Below the pieces are notes generated by a model, which saw nothing but the letters and a program-made list of their open reading frames with translations, did not search any database and had not been told where the DNA came from. Source: Gemmatimonadota bacterium (GTDB lineage Bacteria > Gemmatimonadota > Gemmatimonadetes > Longimicrobiales > RSA9). From it: 64,000 nt of DNA. Each line of letters starts with the position of its first letter. The first letter of the stretch is position 1. The stretch covers positions 1,942 to 65,941 of the forward strand of contig JADGQX010000001.1 in assembly GCA_017881445.1 (NCBI GenBank), written 5' to 3'. Both the position numbers and the translations under genes were made by a program. Positions 1-9,885 of this stretch are shown here, in pieces.

Positions 1-1503
1 CGGCAGCCGCACCTGCAGGTCCAGGTAGGCCATCCACTCGAACGGGTCGCGTGGCCGCGGCGCCCGCTCGAGGAAGCGCTCGCGCACCGGCGCGAGCGCG
101 CTCCACGAGCCCTCGGGCCCGCGCGCGTCCCGCAGCCGCTTCACCAGGATGCGCCGCTTGGCACGGTCGGGCAGCCCCTCGGCGCCGCCCCAGAACACCG
201 GCAGCGACGCCGCGTCCCGGCGCAGCCACTCGTAGGGGAACGCCTCGTCCCGGCCCACCACCCGCAGCGCGGCCAGCCCCGCGCGCTTCAGTGCGCGGGG
301 GACCGGCCAGGCGGCGGCCCGCTGCAGGCGCAGCTTCAGCTTCCACTCGGGGTAGCCGCAGAACAGCTCGTCGCTGCCCTCGCCCACCTGGCACACGATG
401 ACGCCGGCGTCGCGCGCGAGCTTCGAGATGTAGTAGACGGGCACGCAGACCGGATCGGCGATCGGCTCGTCCTGGTGCGCGACCACGAGCGGCATCGCGC
501 CGAGCACATCCTCGAGCGTCAGCCGCCGCTCGTGGTGGAGCGCGCCGATGCCGCGCGCCACCTCGCTGGCGAAGTCGAATTCGTTCCTGTAGCTGGCGTA
601 GTCCCGCTCGTAGCCGATGGAGAAGGTCCGCACGGGCTCGGCAGAGTGCTCGGCGAAGAGCACGGCGTTGGTGGTCGAGTCGATGCCGCCCGAGAGGAAG
701 ATGCCGACCGGGACATCGGCCATCTTCCGGAGCTCGACGGCAGCGCGCAGCTCGTCCAGGATCAGGCGCGAGAGCTCGTGCTCGTCCGCGCCCTCCAGCG
801 ACCGGGTCTCGTCCCAGACGTCCCACCAGCGTTCCTGGCGCACGTCACCGTCACGATGTACCCGGGCCCGACAGCCGCCGGGCAGCTTGTAGATGCCCTG
901 GAAGAGCGTGCGCGGCGCCGGGACGACGAGGAACGACAGGTAGTCGACGAGCGCATCCTCGTCCAGCGCGGCACGCACGCGATCGCCCGCCAGCAACGCC
1001 TTGATCTCCGAGGCGAAGAGGAGGCGCCCGCCGGCCACCGTCCAGTAGAGCGGCTTGATGCCGATGCGGTCCCGCACGAGCCACAGGTCTCCGGCTTCGT
1101 CGTCCCAGAGAGCGAACGCGAACATCCCGCGGAATCTGTGGATGCAGTCGATTCCCCACTCCTCGTATGCGTGGAGAATGACCTCCGTGTCCGAGTGATC
1201 GGTGCGGAAGCGGTGTCCCGCCCGCTCCAGCTCCGGACGCAGCTGGGCGTGGTTGTAGATCTCGCCGTTGAAGACGACGCGGACCGAGCCGGTCTCGTTT
1301 TCCATCGGCTGCGCCGCGGCCTCCGAGAGATCCACGATGGCCAGGCGACGATGGGCGAGACCCACGCTCCCGTCCGCGGCGGCCCAGACACCGGCGCCGT
1401 CGGGACCGCGGTGAACCATCCGGTCCCGCATGCGCACGAGCTCCTCCGGGCAGATCGGAGGGGCCGCATGGTCGAGGCGCACAGCGCCGGCGATGCCGCA
1501 CAC
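1..1503 (-). CDS. asnB: Asparagine synthase (glutamine-hydrolysing), AsnB-like amidotransferase. The C-terminus runs off the window start.
   Basis: It is absent from the ORF track because no stop codon lies inside the window. Reverse translation from GTG at 1503-1501 gives (M)CGIAGAV...HRRLAIVDLSE...VPVGIFLSGGIDSTTNAV. That is a class-II amidotransferase Cys2 N-terminus plus an SGGxDS PP-loop. The frame stays open to position 1. Confidence 0.9.
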   Translation of the reverse strand, partial: MCGIAGAVRLDHAAPPICPEELVRMRDRMVHRGPDGAGVWAAADGSVGLAHRRLAIVDLSEAAAQPMENETGSVRVVFNGEIYNHAQLRPELERAGHRFRTDHSDTEVILHAYEEWGIDCIHRFRGMFAFALWDDEAGDLWLVRDRIGIKPLYWTVAGGRLLFASEIKALLAGDRVRAALDEDALVDYLSFLVVPAPRTLFQGIYKLPGGCRARVHRDGDVRQERWWDVWDETRSLEGADEHELSRLILDELRAAVELRKMADVPVGIFLSGGIDSTTNAVLFAEHSAEPVRTFSIGYERDYASYRNEFDFASEVARGIGALHHERRLTLEDVLGAMPLVVAHQDEPIADPVCVPVYYISKLARDAGVIVCQVGEGSDELFCGYPEWKLKLRLQRAAAWPVPRALKRAGLAALRVVGRDEAFPYEWLRRDAASLPVFWGGAEGLPDRAKRRILVKRLRDARGPEGSWSALAPVRERFLERAPRPRDPFEWMAYLDLQVRLP

Positions 1504-1506
1504 CGC

Positions 1507-3687
1507 TCAGCTCCCGGCTTCCGCCGGTGAACGGCCGAGCAGCTGCTCGACACGCAGTGCGATGCGCGTGGCCTGCACCTGCTGCCAGAGCGGTATCGGC
1601 CACTCGCCGCCCTCACGCACGGCCCGGCCGAACGCCTCCAGCTCCGCCAGGTGGCCCTTGTCCTGGCGACGCGTCTTCAGCCCGCCGCCGCGGCCGTGGA
1701 AGCGCAGTCCGCGATAGTCGTCGAGCTCGCCCACGACCCCGTCGCAGAAGACGTCCAGCCGCTCCTTGGGGAAGTCGCGGTTGCCCAGCGCCGTGTAGGT
1801 GAGGGAGGCCAGGGAGCCGTCCCGGAAGCGCAGTGTCGCCACGAAGTTGTCGTTGCGGGCCAGGTGACCCGTGCCCGGGCGAATGGAGAGCGCCTGCACG
1901 GTCTCAACCGGCTCGCCCACCAGGTAGCCCAGCAGGTCGTACACGTGGCAGGCCTCGCCGATGTTGCGGCCGCCGCCCTGCGGGCCGTGCACCCAGTGGT
2001 CGAGCGGGATGTGGCCGGCGTTCATGCGGTAGTCGAGCATGGCCGGCGCGCCGCGCCCCTGCAGCAGCTCCCGCAGCCGGCGCGCGTGGGGCGAGAAGCG
2101 GCGGTTGAAGCCCGTCAGCAGCACGGGCGGGGCGCGGCGCGCCTCCGCCTCGTCCGCGAAGAACCGCTCCAGCTCCTCCAGCTCCTCCGGCGTGAGCGCC
2201 AGCGGCTTCTCCAGCAGCACGTGCTTCCCCGCCCGCAGCGCGGCCAGCGCCATGGCGGCATGGCTGTCGTGGCGGGTGCAGATGATCACGGCGTCCACCG
2301 CATCGTCGGCGAGGACGGCGTCGTAGTCGGTGGTGGCGTAGGCGGCGCCGAACTGCTCCGCCGCCCGCAGGGCGCCCGGTCCGCTCCGGCTCATGACGGC
2401 GCGCAGCTCGAAGGCGGAAGAGAGCTTCTGCAGGTTGGGCAGGTGCACGCCCCGCGCGAAGTCGCCCGCGCCCACCAGGGCGATGCGCGTGCGCCCGCTG
2501 CCCGTCCGGGCGGGAGCGGGGCGCAGATCCACGCGCCGCCGCGGCGGCGCCGCGGCATCGGCGGCATCCAGCACACCGGGATAGGAGAGCAGCACGATCG
2601 GCTGGGCCGCGCCGGCCGCCGCCGCGGCGAAGGCCTCCGGGGCGCGCTCCACGGGGAACGTGCCCTGGAGCAGCGGGCCGAGCCGCACGCGCCCCTCGGC
2701 CAGCAGGCGCAGGTACTCCACCATGTTCCGGTTCTCGGTCCAGCGCACGTAGCCGATCGGGTAGTCGTGACCCTCCCGCTCGTACTGCGGGTCGTAGCGA
2801 CCGGGACCGTAGGAGGTGGAGATGAAGAACTCGATCTCGCGCGGGTAGATGTCCTCGCGGCGCATGCCCAGCCCCACGTCCCCCACGACCACCACCCGGC
2901 CCTTGCGGCGACACATGCGAAAGGCGCTCGCGAGCAGATCGTCGGAGGACGTGGCGGCGGTGAGGATCACGCCATCGGCGCCCTGGCCGTCGGTCAGGCG
3001 CTTAACGGCCGCCGCGGGATCCGCCTCGTCCGCCGCCAGGGCCGCGTCCATCCCCAGCGCGAGCGCCAGCGCCACCCGCTCCCGGCTCAGGTCCAGCCCC
3101 GCCACGCGGCAGCCATGGGCGCGCAGGAGCTGCACCGTGAGCTGGCCCAGCAGTCCCAGGCCGACCACCACGAACCACTCCCCCAGCGTGGGCGCGGCGC
3201 GCCGCACCCCGTGCAGGGCGATGGCACCAAGTGTAACGGTGGAGGCCTCGTCGAAACTGAGGCCGCCGGGCACGCGCGCGACCAGGTTGCGCGGAACCGC
3301 CACCAGCTCGGCGTGGCTGGCCAGGCCGGCGCCGGCGCAGGCGACGCGGTCGCCCACGGCCAGGTCCGCCACGCCCGCGCCCACTTCCACGACGGTGCCG
3401 GCCACGCTGTAGCCGGTGGGGGCGCCTGCGTTCAGCTCGCCGCGCACGGCCGAGATGGCGCCGGCCACGCCGCGCTGCAGCGCCAGGTCGACGACCGCCT
3501 TCACCCGCTCGGGGTGCTCCAGGGCGCGACGGACCAGTGGCTGCCGCTGGGCGTCGATGCCGGCGTGCTCGGTGCCCGCCGAGATGCACGAGGCGGCCAC
3601 GCCCACCAGGACGGTGCCCGGAGCCGCGCGGGGGGCCGGCACATCCGCCACGACGACCTTGCCCGCCCGGATCAGGACCTGCTTCAT
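1507..3687 (-). CDS. Bi-domain oxidoreductase. The N-terminal half is a zinc-type alcohol-dehydrogenase-like (MDR) domain. It is fused to a C-terminal Gfo/Idh/MocA-type NAD(P) oxidoreductase.
   Basis: ORF track 1507..4359, trimmed to ATG 3687 (MKQVLIRAGKVVV...). The 224 upstream codons are Arg/Ala/Gly-rich and overlap the GT2 gene in another frame. The N-half shows GTVVEVG and GLGLLG. The C-half shows IALVGAGDFARGVHLPNL and EKPLALT. There is an ATGA start/stop overlap with the upstream gene. Confidence 0.85.
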   Translation of the reverse strand: MKQVLIRAGKVVVADVPAPRAAPGTVLVGVAASCISAGTEHAGIDAQRQPLVRRALEHPERVKAVVDLALQRGVAGAISAVRGELNAGAPTGYSVAGTVVEVGAGVADLAVGDRVACAGAGLASHAELVAVPRNLVARVPGGLSFDEASTVTLGAIALHGVRRAAPTLGEWFVVVGLGLLGQLTVQLLRAHGCRVAGLDLSRERVALALALGMDAALAADEADPAAAVKRLTDGQGADGVILTAATSSDDLLASAFRMCRRKGRVVVVGDVGLGMRREDIYPREIEFFISTSYGPGRYDPQYEREGHDYPIGYVRWTENRNMVEYLRLLAEGRVRLGPLLQGTFPVERAPEAFAAAAAGAAQPIVLLSYPGVLDAADAAAPPRRRVDLRPAPARTGSGRTRIALVGAGDFARGVHLPNLQKLSSAFELRAVMSRSGPGALRAAEQFGAAYATTDYDAVLADDAVDAVIICTRHDSHAAMALAALRAGKHVLLEKPLALTPEELEELERFFADEAEARRAPPVLLTGFNRRFSPHARRLRELLQGRGAPAMLDYRMNAGHIPLDHWVHGPQGGGRNIGEACHVYDLLGYLVGEPVETVQALSIRPGTGHLARNDNFVATLRFRDGSLASLTYTALGNRDFPKERLDVFCDGVVGELDDYRGLRFHGRGGGLKTRRQDKGHLAELEAFGRAVREGGEWPIPLWQQVQATRIALRVEQLLGRSPAEAGS

Positions 3688-4613
3688 GGCAACGGCCTTT
3701 CCTTCGCGGCGGCGGCGGCCGCGCCCCGCGCCACCCTCCAGTCGGGTCCCAGCCGCCGGTCGGAACTGCGCCGCCCCAGCTGGAAGCCGAGCCAGCGCGT
3801 GAACTCGTAGACGAGCAGCTGCGGCAGGCGATGCACGTGCCCCTGCCGGACGATGTAGGCCAGCTCGGAGCCGAGGAAGCGCGCCGATTCCCGCAGGCTG
3901 GCGCCGCCATCGATCCCCGTCTCCGCCAGCGCCTGCCCCACCAGGAACGTCCGGCGGAACAGCCCGCGGAAACCGTAGACGTGGGCGTGCAGTGCCTCCG
4001 CCGCCGGCTCGTAACGCAGCGAGTAGCCGGCGGCCAGCACCGTGTGCGCCCAGATCAGGTCCTCGCTGTACGACGCCCGCTCGGGGAACGGGATGCGCAG
4101 CGCCAGGTCGCGGCGCACGGCGCTGAACGCATTGGAGAAGAGCACCCGCCCGGGACGCGGATGGTGCCCGCCCGGCCGCGGATCGAAGCGCAGGGGCGTC
4201 TCGGGGTAGTTCAGGGCGACGAAGAACATCTCCATCGTGCTGGCATCGTGCGGCACCTGGCGCCCGTAGACGCCCGCCACCGTGGGATCGCGCAGCGCCT
4301 CGGCGAAGCGGAGCGGCCAATCGAAGGTGCAGGGCAGCACGTCGTGCGTGAGGAAGCACACCACGTCCCCGGTCGCCAGGCGCAGGCCCAGGTTGCGCGT
4401 GCGCCCGTGCCCGAACTCCGCCGGCGGAATGCGATGCACCCGGAAGCCGGCGCGCTCCGCGTCCTCGGCCGTGCCGTCGCTGGACCCCGAGTCGATGACC
4501 ACCACCTCCACGCCGTGGCGGTCGCGCACGAGCTGCAGGTGACGGCTCAGGTGAGCGAACAGCTCGCCGCCGTCGCGGACCGGCAGCACTACCGAGATGC
4601 GCTCCGCCTCCAT
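3684..4613 (-). CDS. Family 2 glycosyltransferase (soluble, rhamnosyltransferase-like)
   Basis: ORF track 3684..5294, trimmed to ATG 4613 (MEAERISVVLPVRDGG...VVVIDSGSSDGT...). This is a GT-A/GT2 N-terminal signature. The start overlaps the upstream stop (TGATG), and the stop overlaps the next start (ATGA). Confidence 0.85.
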   Translation of the reverse strand: MEAERISVVLPVRDGGELFAHLSRHLQLVRDRHGVEVVVIDSGSSDGTAEDAERAGFRVHRIPPAEFGHGRTRNLGLRLATGDVVCFLTHDVLPCTFDWPLRFAEALRDPTVAGVYGRQVPHDASTMEMFFVALNYPETPLRFDPRPGGHHPRPGRVLFSNAFSAVRRDLALRIPFPERASYSEDLIWAHTVLAAGYSLRYEPAAEALHAHVYGFRGLFRRTFLVGQALAETGIDGGASLRESARFLGSELAYIVRQGHVHRLPQLLVYEFTRWLGFQLGRRSSDRRLGPDWRVARGAAAAAAKERPLP

Positions 4614-5806
4614 CAGACCCGCCCGAAACCGGAGCCGCGCAGCAGGCTGAGGAAGAACGATGCGAAGACGATCTCTCCGCCCAGCACCATGAGCGTCATG
4701 GCCAGCAGCGCCGGGCGCACGGCGAACAGCATCCCCGCGCCCGCCGCCAGCCAGCTCGCCAGAATCCAGACGTTCACCACCAGGCCGGCGAAGAACGACA
4801 GGCCGCCCACGAAGACGCCCCGCTCCAGCGTGTAATGCAGGTGGAACCAGCGCACCCACGCCTCGGCGGGACCGGTGTCGTTCACCAGCGCGTACGTCTT
4901 GGCGTAGATGCCCAGCAGCAGGAGCTGGAAGCCGAACATCGCCAGCGCGCCGCCCACGAACATGAAGTGGTAGTCGAAATGCAGGCGCCCGACGCGGATC
5001 GGTCCGGGCACCAGTACGCCCTCCAGCACCAGCCCCGCCACCAGCAGGAGCATGCCGGGGACCAGGAACAGCTTCGCGGGGCTGAGCAACAGGAGCTGGC
5101 GAGCCACGCGCCAGCCATCGCCCACCCGGCGGCGCGAGGCGCCGCCGTCGCGGGGACGGAAGCGCACGGGCACCTCCATGACGCTCAGCTCCGCCCGGGC
5201 CGCCTGCAGCAGCATCTCGCTGGCGAACTCCATCCCCACCGCACCCATCTCCATGCGCCCCAGCGCCTCGCGTGTGACGGAGCGCATGCCGCAACGCACG
5301 TCGGAAACGGTGAAGGGGAAGAACCGGCGGGCGAGCCAGTTCTGCAGCGGCTCCAGGAAATGACGGTGGCGCTTGCGCATGGCGCGCGGCAGGATCTCGC
5401 CGTTGCGCCGCGTGCCGATCACCAGGTCATAGCCCGCCCGCAACGGCTCCACGAAGCGGTTCAGCTCGGAGAAGTCGTAGGTGCCGTCGGCATCGGCCAG
5501 CACCATGAAGCGGCCGCTCGCCGCCTCGAGGCCACGCAGGCAGGCGGCGCCGTAGCCGCGAATCGGCTGCCTGACCACGTGCGCCCCGGCCGCGGCCGCG
5601 CGTTCGGCGGAGCCGTCGGTGGAACCATTGTCGCAGACCACGATCTCCGCTTCGTACCCGGCCGCTCCCAGCGCCGCGCGGGCCGCGTCGATGCAGCCCA
5701 CGATCGTCTCCGCCTCGTTCATGCAGGGCATGACCAGCGACACATCCACGGTCGCGGATGCGGCGCGGGAGTCGTCGGCGTCGAGGAGCCAGGTTGTGGT
5801 CGACAT
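4613..5806 (-). CDS. Family 2 glycosyltransferase with a C-terminal multi-helix membrane domain (polyprenyl-phosphate glycosyltransferase-like)
   Basis: ORF 4613..5806. It carries VSLVMPCMNEAETI, VVCDNGSTDGS and LADADGTYD. Several hydrophobic helices follow (LLLLSPAKLFLVPGMLLLVAGLVL, FMFVGGALAMFGFQLLLLGIY, GGLSFFAGLVVNVWILASWL). Confidence 0.85.
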   Translation of the reverse strand: MSTTTWLLDADDSRAASATVDVSLVMPCMNEAETIVGCIDAARAALGAAGYEAEIVVCDNGSTDGSAERAAAAGAHVVRQPIRGYGAACLRGLEAASGRFMVLADADGTYDFSELNRFVEPLRAGYDLVIGTRRNGEILPRAMRKRHRHFLEPLQNWLARRFFPFTVSDVRCGMRSVTREALGRMEMGAVGMEFASEMLLQAARAELSVMEVPVRFRPRDGGASRRRVGDGWRVARQLLLLSPAKLFLVPGMLLLVAGLVLEGVLVPGPIRVGRLHFDYHFMFVGGALAMFGFQLLLLGIYAKTYALVNDTGPAEAWVRWFHLHYTLERGVFVGGLSFFAGLVVNVWILASWLAAGAGMLFAVRPALLAMTLMVLGGEIVFASFFLSLLRGSGFGRV

Positions 5807-5809
5807 GCG

Positions 5810-6676
5810 TCAGCCCGGATCCGGCGCGCTCGCCCGCGGCGTGGGCCGCGGCGCCGTCGCGCCATTCGGCCGCTCGACCGCCTCGGGGGTGTCGGTGGCC
5901 GGCGACGCGGATCGGGGAGGCGCCGCGGCCCGCAGCGGCCTGGCCTCGCCCCCCGTCCGGAATACCGGCGGTCGCGGCCCCGCCAGGTTGCACTTCAGGA
6001 TGTGCCAGAGCGCCGAGAAGCCGTCCTTCCAGTTGATCTTCTTGCCCTCGGCATAGGTGCGGCCGGCATAGCTGATGGGCAGCTCGTAGATGATGGCCCG
6101 GGACTGCGCCAGCCGCGCGGTCAGCTCGGGCTCGATGCCGAACCGTTCCGCGGTGAGGGGCAGGCTCTTCATCAGGTCCGCCCGCACCATCTTGTAGCAC
6201 GTCTCCATGTCCGTCAGGTTCAGGTCCGTGAACATGTTGGACAGGAGCGTGAGCAGACCGTTGCCCACGCTGTGCCAGAAGTAGAGCACGCGGTGGGCGC
6301 CGCAGGAGAAGCGGCTGCCGAAAACCGCGTCCGCGCGCCCGTCGGCGATCGGCTCCAGCAGCCGTGGCAGCTCGCCGGGGTCGTACTCCAGGTCCGCGTC
6401 CTGGATCACGATCACTTCGCCCGTGGCGTGGGCGATCCCGCTGCGGACCGCGGCGCCCTTGCCGCGGTTCTGCGGGTGCGAGACCAGCACGTCCACCAGC
6501 CCCTCCGACCGCAGCCGCTCCAGCACCACCAGCGTGCCGTCGGCCGAGGCGTCGTTCACGCAGACCAGCTCGATGCCCAGGGGTACGCCCCGCAAACGCG
6601 CAATGGAGCGTTCCACGGTGGCCGCCTCGTTGTACACGGGCATGACCACGCTCAGCCGAATGCCGGTTTCCATCAT
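5810..6676 (-). CDS. Family 2 glycosyltransferase (DPM1/polyprenol-phosphate type) with a Pro/Ala-rich tail
   Basis: ORF 5810..6676. It carries [25 protein letters not shown] and [10 protein letters not shown]. The start overlaps the regulator stop (ATGA at 6673-6676). Confidence 0.85.
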   Translation of the reverse strand: MMETGIRLSVVMPVYNEAATVERSIARLRGVPLGIELVCVNDASADGTLVVLERLRSEGLVDVLVSHPQNRGKGAAVRSGIAHATGEVIVIQDADLEYDPGELPRLLEPIADGRADAVFGSRFSCGAHRVLYFWHSVGNGLLTLLSNMFTDLNLTDMETCYKMVRADLMKSLPLTAERFGIEPELTARLAQSRAIIYELPISYAGRTYAEGKKINWKDGFSALWHILKCNLAGPRPPVFRTGGEARPLRAAAPPRSASPATDTPEAVERPNGATAPRPTPRASAPDPG

Positions 6677-8043
6677 TCGCCCAGTCCGTAGCGATTGATC
6701 TTGCGGTACAGCGTCGAGGGGTCGATGCCCAGGATCTCCGCCGCCCGCGCCTTGTTGCCGCTCTCCGCCCGTAACACCCAGGCAATGTACGCCCGCTCGA
6801 TCACCTCGAGCGTGGGATTCGAGGGCGCTGCCTCGCCCACCAGGGGCGTCGCGCCCGGCTCCCGGATGCTCTTCGGCAGTGACGCCAGCCCCACCACGCC
6901 ATCCCGCGCCAGGATGAGCGCGCGCTCCAGTGCGTTCTCCAGCTCCCGCACGTTGCCAGGCCAGTCATAGGCGCGCAGCGCATCCAGTGCCTCCCCGGTG
7001 AGCGCCGGCTGCTCGATGTCCCGGGCGTGGGAGAGCTTGGCGACGAAATGCTCCGCCAGCAACTGTACGTCGTCGCGGCGATCGCGCAGCGGGGGCATGT
7101 GCAGCGAGATCACGTTCAACCGGTAGTACAGGTCGCTGCGGAACCCGCCTCGCCGCATCTCCTCCTCCAGGTCGCGGTTGGTGGCCGCGATGATGCGGAC
7201 GTCGATGTCCTGCGTCTGCGTCGAGCCGACGGGCACGATCTCCCGCTCCTGGATGGCCCGCAGCAGCTTCACCTGCAGCGCCGCCGACATCTCGGCCACC
7301 TCGTCCAGGAAGAAGGTGCCGCCGCGAGCCGCCGTCAGCAGCCCGTCCTTGTCCCGGACCGCCCCGGTGAAGCTGCCCCGCACGTGACCGAACAGCTCCG
7401 ATTCCAGCAGGTTCTCGGGGAGTGCGCCGCAGTTGATGGAGATGAACGGGCCGTCGGCGCGCTCGGAGAGCTGATGGATGTAGCGGGCGATGATCTCCTT
7501 GCCCGTGCCGCTCTCCCCCGTGATCAGCACCGTGGAGTCCGTGGGGGCCACCGTCTCGCCCAGCCGCACGACGTCCAGGAACGCCCGGTTCTTGCCCACC
7601 GGCCGGGCCGAGCCCGACGTGTCCCGGCGGCGGATCTCCTTCTTGAGCTGCCGGTTCTCCCGCGTCAGTGCCCGCGTCTCCGCCGCCCGGTGGCAGAGCG
7701 CCGCCATGTCGTCGTTGCGGAACGGCTTCTGGACGTAGTAGAACGCGCCCTGGTTCACGGCCTGCACCGCCGACTGCAGCGACGCCTGCGCCGTCATCAG
7801 GATCACGGGCAGGTCGGGGTCCGACTCCCGCACCGCCGCGAGCACGTCGATGCCGGACACCCCGGGCATGCGGATGTCCGTGAGCACCACGTCCGGCTCG
7901 ATCTCCGGCAGACGCAACAGGCCATCCCGGCCGCTGTCCGCCACCGATACCTCGAAGCCTTCCCCCCGCAAGAGGATACGGAGCGTGTCCAGGATCGACC
8001 GCTCGTCGTCGATGATCAGGACCTTCGGCATCGTCGCCGTCAC
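6673..8043 (-). CDS. Sigma-54-dependent response regulator (NtrC/PilR family enhancer-binding protein)
   Basis: ORF 6673..8043. The receiver domain shows [15 protein letters not shown] and VQKPF. The AAA+ domain shows GESGTGKE, the GSFTGA sigma-54 contact loop and FFLDEV. A Fis-type HTH follows ([21 protein letters not shown]). GTG 8043 overlaps the kinase stop (GTGA). ATG 8031 (MPKVLIIDD) is an alternative start. Confidence 0.92.
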   Translation of the reverse strand: MTATMPKVLIIDDERSILDTLRILLRGEGFEVSVADSGRDGLLRLPEIEPDVVLTDIRMPGVSGIDVLAAVRESDPDLPVILMTAQASLQSAVQAVNQGAFYYVQKPFRNDDMAALCHRAAETRALTRENRQLKKEIRRRDTSGSARPVGKNRAFLDVVRLGETVAPTDSTVLITGESGTGKEIIARYIHQLSERADGPFISINCGALPENLLESELFGHVRGSFTGAVRDKDGLLTAARGGTFFLDEVAEMSAALQVKLLRAIQEREIVPVGSTQTQDIDVRIIAATNRDLEEEMRRGGFRSDLYYRLNVISLHMPPLRDRRDDVQLLAEHFVAKLSHARDIEQPALTGEALDALRAYDWPGNVRELENALERALILARDGVVGLASLPKSIREPGATPLVGEAAPSNPTLEVIERAYIAWVLRAESGNKARAAEILGIDPSTLYRKINRYGLGE

Positions 8044-9665
8044 GCGCGGCTCTCCGACTGCGAGGGCAGGAAGACCTGGAAGCTGGCACCTTCGCCCGTC
8101 CCAGGCTCAACGAAAATCGCGCCGTTGTGCGCCTCCACGGCGCGATGTACCAGGGCCAGCCCCAGCCCGGTGCCACCCCGCCGCGTGCTGAAGAAGGGAT
8201 CGAACAGCCGCGGCAGGTCCTCCGCCGCGATGCCGGGCCCCGTGTCCGCCACCGCGATCCGTACCGGTGCCGGAAGGCGCACCCCCGCCGGGAGCTGCGA
8301 CTCCAGCACCCGGCCCACCTCCACCCGCACCGAGCCGTCCACCCCCGCGTGCTGCACCGCGTTCAGGATCAGGTTGAACAGCGCCCGATGCAGCAGGTCC
8401 GCGTCACCCTCCACCGACACGCCGTCGGTGGGCGGCTCGAAATCGATGCGGCACCCCTGGGAATCCGGATGCTGACTCACCAGCCCCACCGCGTTCATCG
8501 CCAGGCCCGCCAGGTCCACCTGCTCCCGCCGCCGCACCTCCACCCGGCTGAACTCCATGAACTCCGTCAGCAGCCGGCTCAGCCGGTCCGACTCGCTCAG
8601 CACCAGCGACCGCAGCACGTCCCGGTCTTCCACCTGGATCTTTCCCCCCGTCAGCTGCTCCGTGGCACTGCGGATCGACGCCAGCGGGTTCTTGATCTCG
8701 TGCGCCAGCGACGCGCCCAGCTCCGCCACCGCCTCCAGCCGCTCCGCCCGCCGCTTCAGCTCCTCCACCCGCTTCGACTGCGTGATGTCCTGGAAGACCG
8801 CCGTCACCCAGGGCGCCCCCTTCCGCTCCAGCACCGTCGTCCGGGCACCCAGCATCCCGCTCCCACGCGACCGCGGCAGCCGGATCTCGTACCGCTCGCG
8901 CGCCACCCCGCTCGACAACGTCGCCATGATCAGCCGGCCCAGCCCCGGCGCCCGACGGTCCAGCTCCTCCACGATCGGCAGCCCCCGCCACTCCCGCTCC
9001 ACCAGCCCCAACAGCCGCTCGCCCGCGCCGTTCAGGTACACCAGCCGCCCACCACCATCTGTCGTCACCAGCCCCGAGTCGATCCCCCGCAGGATCTCCC
9101 CCAGGTCCAGCCGCATCTGGTGCAGCTCCGACTCCGCCAGCCCCAGCGCCGTCCCCGTCCGCCGCAGACGATCCCCCAATGCGCCGGTCACTACCGCCAT
9201 CACCACGAACAGCACGATCTGCAGCAGCGCCGCCCTGGGCGCCGCATCCGGCTGCAGCAACAGCGCGTCCGCCACGTACAGGGCGCTCGCCAGGGCGCCG
9301 ATCAGCGCGCCCCCCGGCATCGGCAGCAGCAACGCCCCGGTCGCGATGACCAGGATGTAGAGCGGAGGGAACTCGCTGCGTGCGCCACCGGTAACGTGCA
9401 CCACGGCCGTCACCAGCAGCGCGTCGAATACCACCTGCGCGTACATGAACCCGTGCCCGGGCTGGCGCTCGAGCATGTACGTGTACCACAGCGAGCCTAC
9501 GGTGAACGCTACCGACAGCAGCAGGATCAACGTCGCGGTCAGCGACGTCGACGGCGTGATCCGTGGCCAGACCAGCAGGGCGCCGGCAAATACTCCGGCC
9601 GCCACCGTCAGGCGGCCGAAATACAGCCATCGCAGCGTGCGCAGCGGATGCATCATCGCGTCCAC
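8040..9665 (-). CDS. Membrane sensor histidine kinase (PilS/NtrB-like)
   Basis: ORF 8040..9665. It has about six N-terminal hydrophobic helices and a PAS-like middle segment. The H-box is SLAHEIKNPLASI. The ATPase boxes are LILNAVQH, DTGPGI and GGTGLGLA. The start is GTG 9665, or ATG 9656/9653. Confidence 0.9.
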   Translation of the reverse strand: MDAMMHPLRTLRWLYFGRLTVAAGVFAGALLVWPRITPSTSLTATLILLLSVAFTVGSLWYTYMLERQPGHGFMYAQVVFDALLVTAVVHVTGGARSEFPPLYILVIATGALLLPMPGGALIGALASALYVADALLLQPDAAPRAALLQIVLFVVMAVVTGALGDRLRRTGTALGLAESELHQMRLDLGEILRGIDSGLVTTDGGGRLVYLNGAGERLLGLVEREWRGLPIVEELDRRAPGLGRLIMATLSSGVARERYEIRLPRSRGSGMLGARTTVLERKGAPWVTAVFQDITQSKRVEELKRRAERLEAVAELGASLAHEIKNPLASIRSATEQLTGGKIQVEDRDVLRSLVLSESDRLSRLLTEFMEFSRVEVRRREQVDLAGLAMNAVGLVSQHPDSQGCRIDFEPPTDGVSVEGDADLLHRALFNLILNAVQHAGVDGSVRVEVGRVLESQLPAGVRLPAPVRIAVADTGPGIAAEDLPRLFDPFFSTRRGGTGLGLALVHRAVEAHNGAIFVEPGTGEGASFQVFLPSQSESRA

Positions 9666-9737
9666 ATCTGTCCGGGCATTCGGCTCCGGCCGCGGCAGCG
9701 GCCGGGTTCGGCGGGTTGCTCCAAGCTACGCGCGGTC

Positions 9738-9752
9738 CTTGCAAGTTGCAAG
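9738..9752. promoter_or_regulatory. Palindromic doublet CTTGCAAGTTGCAAG, a candidate enhancer/operator site
   Basis: Two abutting copies of the self-complementary hexamer TTGCAA lie in the divergent intergenic region. They sit about 130 bp upstream of the -24/-12-like element at 9869-9885. Function is inferred only. Confidence 0.3.
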
Positions 9753-9868
9753 CGCCTCTGTTCGCGAAATGCCGCTGGGCCCGCTTCGGCACCCGGCATG
9801 GGGGAAGCGAGGGGGCAAGGTGTCCATCCAGTTGGAGAGGCGCGGGGAACGCGGGCGGCGGCCCGGAA

Positions 9869-9885
9869 CTGGTATGCCGCTTGCG
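9869..9885 (+). promoter_or_regulatory. Candidate sigma-54 (-24/-12) promoter for the 9986..13120 gene
   Basis: In CTGGTAT-GCCGC-TTGCG the GG and GC are exactly 10 nt apart, as in TGGCAC-N5-TTGC. It lies 101 nt upstream of ATG 9986. The -24 box deviates from consensus (TGGTAT). A chance match is possible in GC-rich DNA. Confidence 0.4.

Noticed and set aside
1507-4359. Using the full length of the long ORFs in the track (for example the 950-aa version of the oxidoreductase, 9563..13120, 21775..23340, 54871..57528).
   Set aside because: The N-terminal extensions overlap upstream genes or intergenic repeats and lack protein-like composition. Internal starts with SD sequences and native-looking N-termini (signal peptides, P-loops) fit better.
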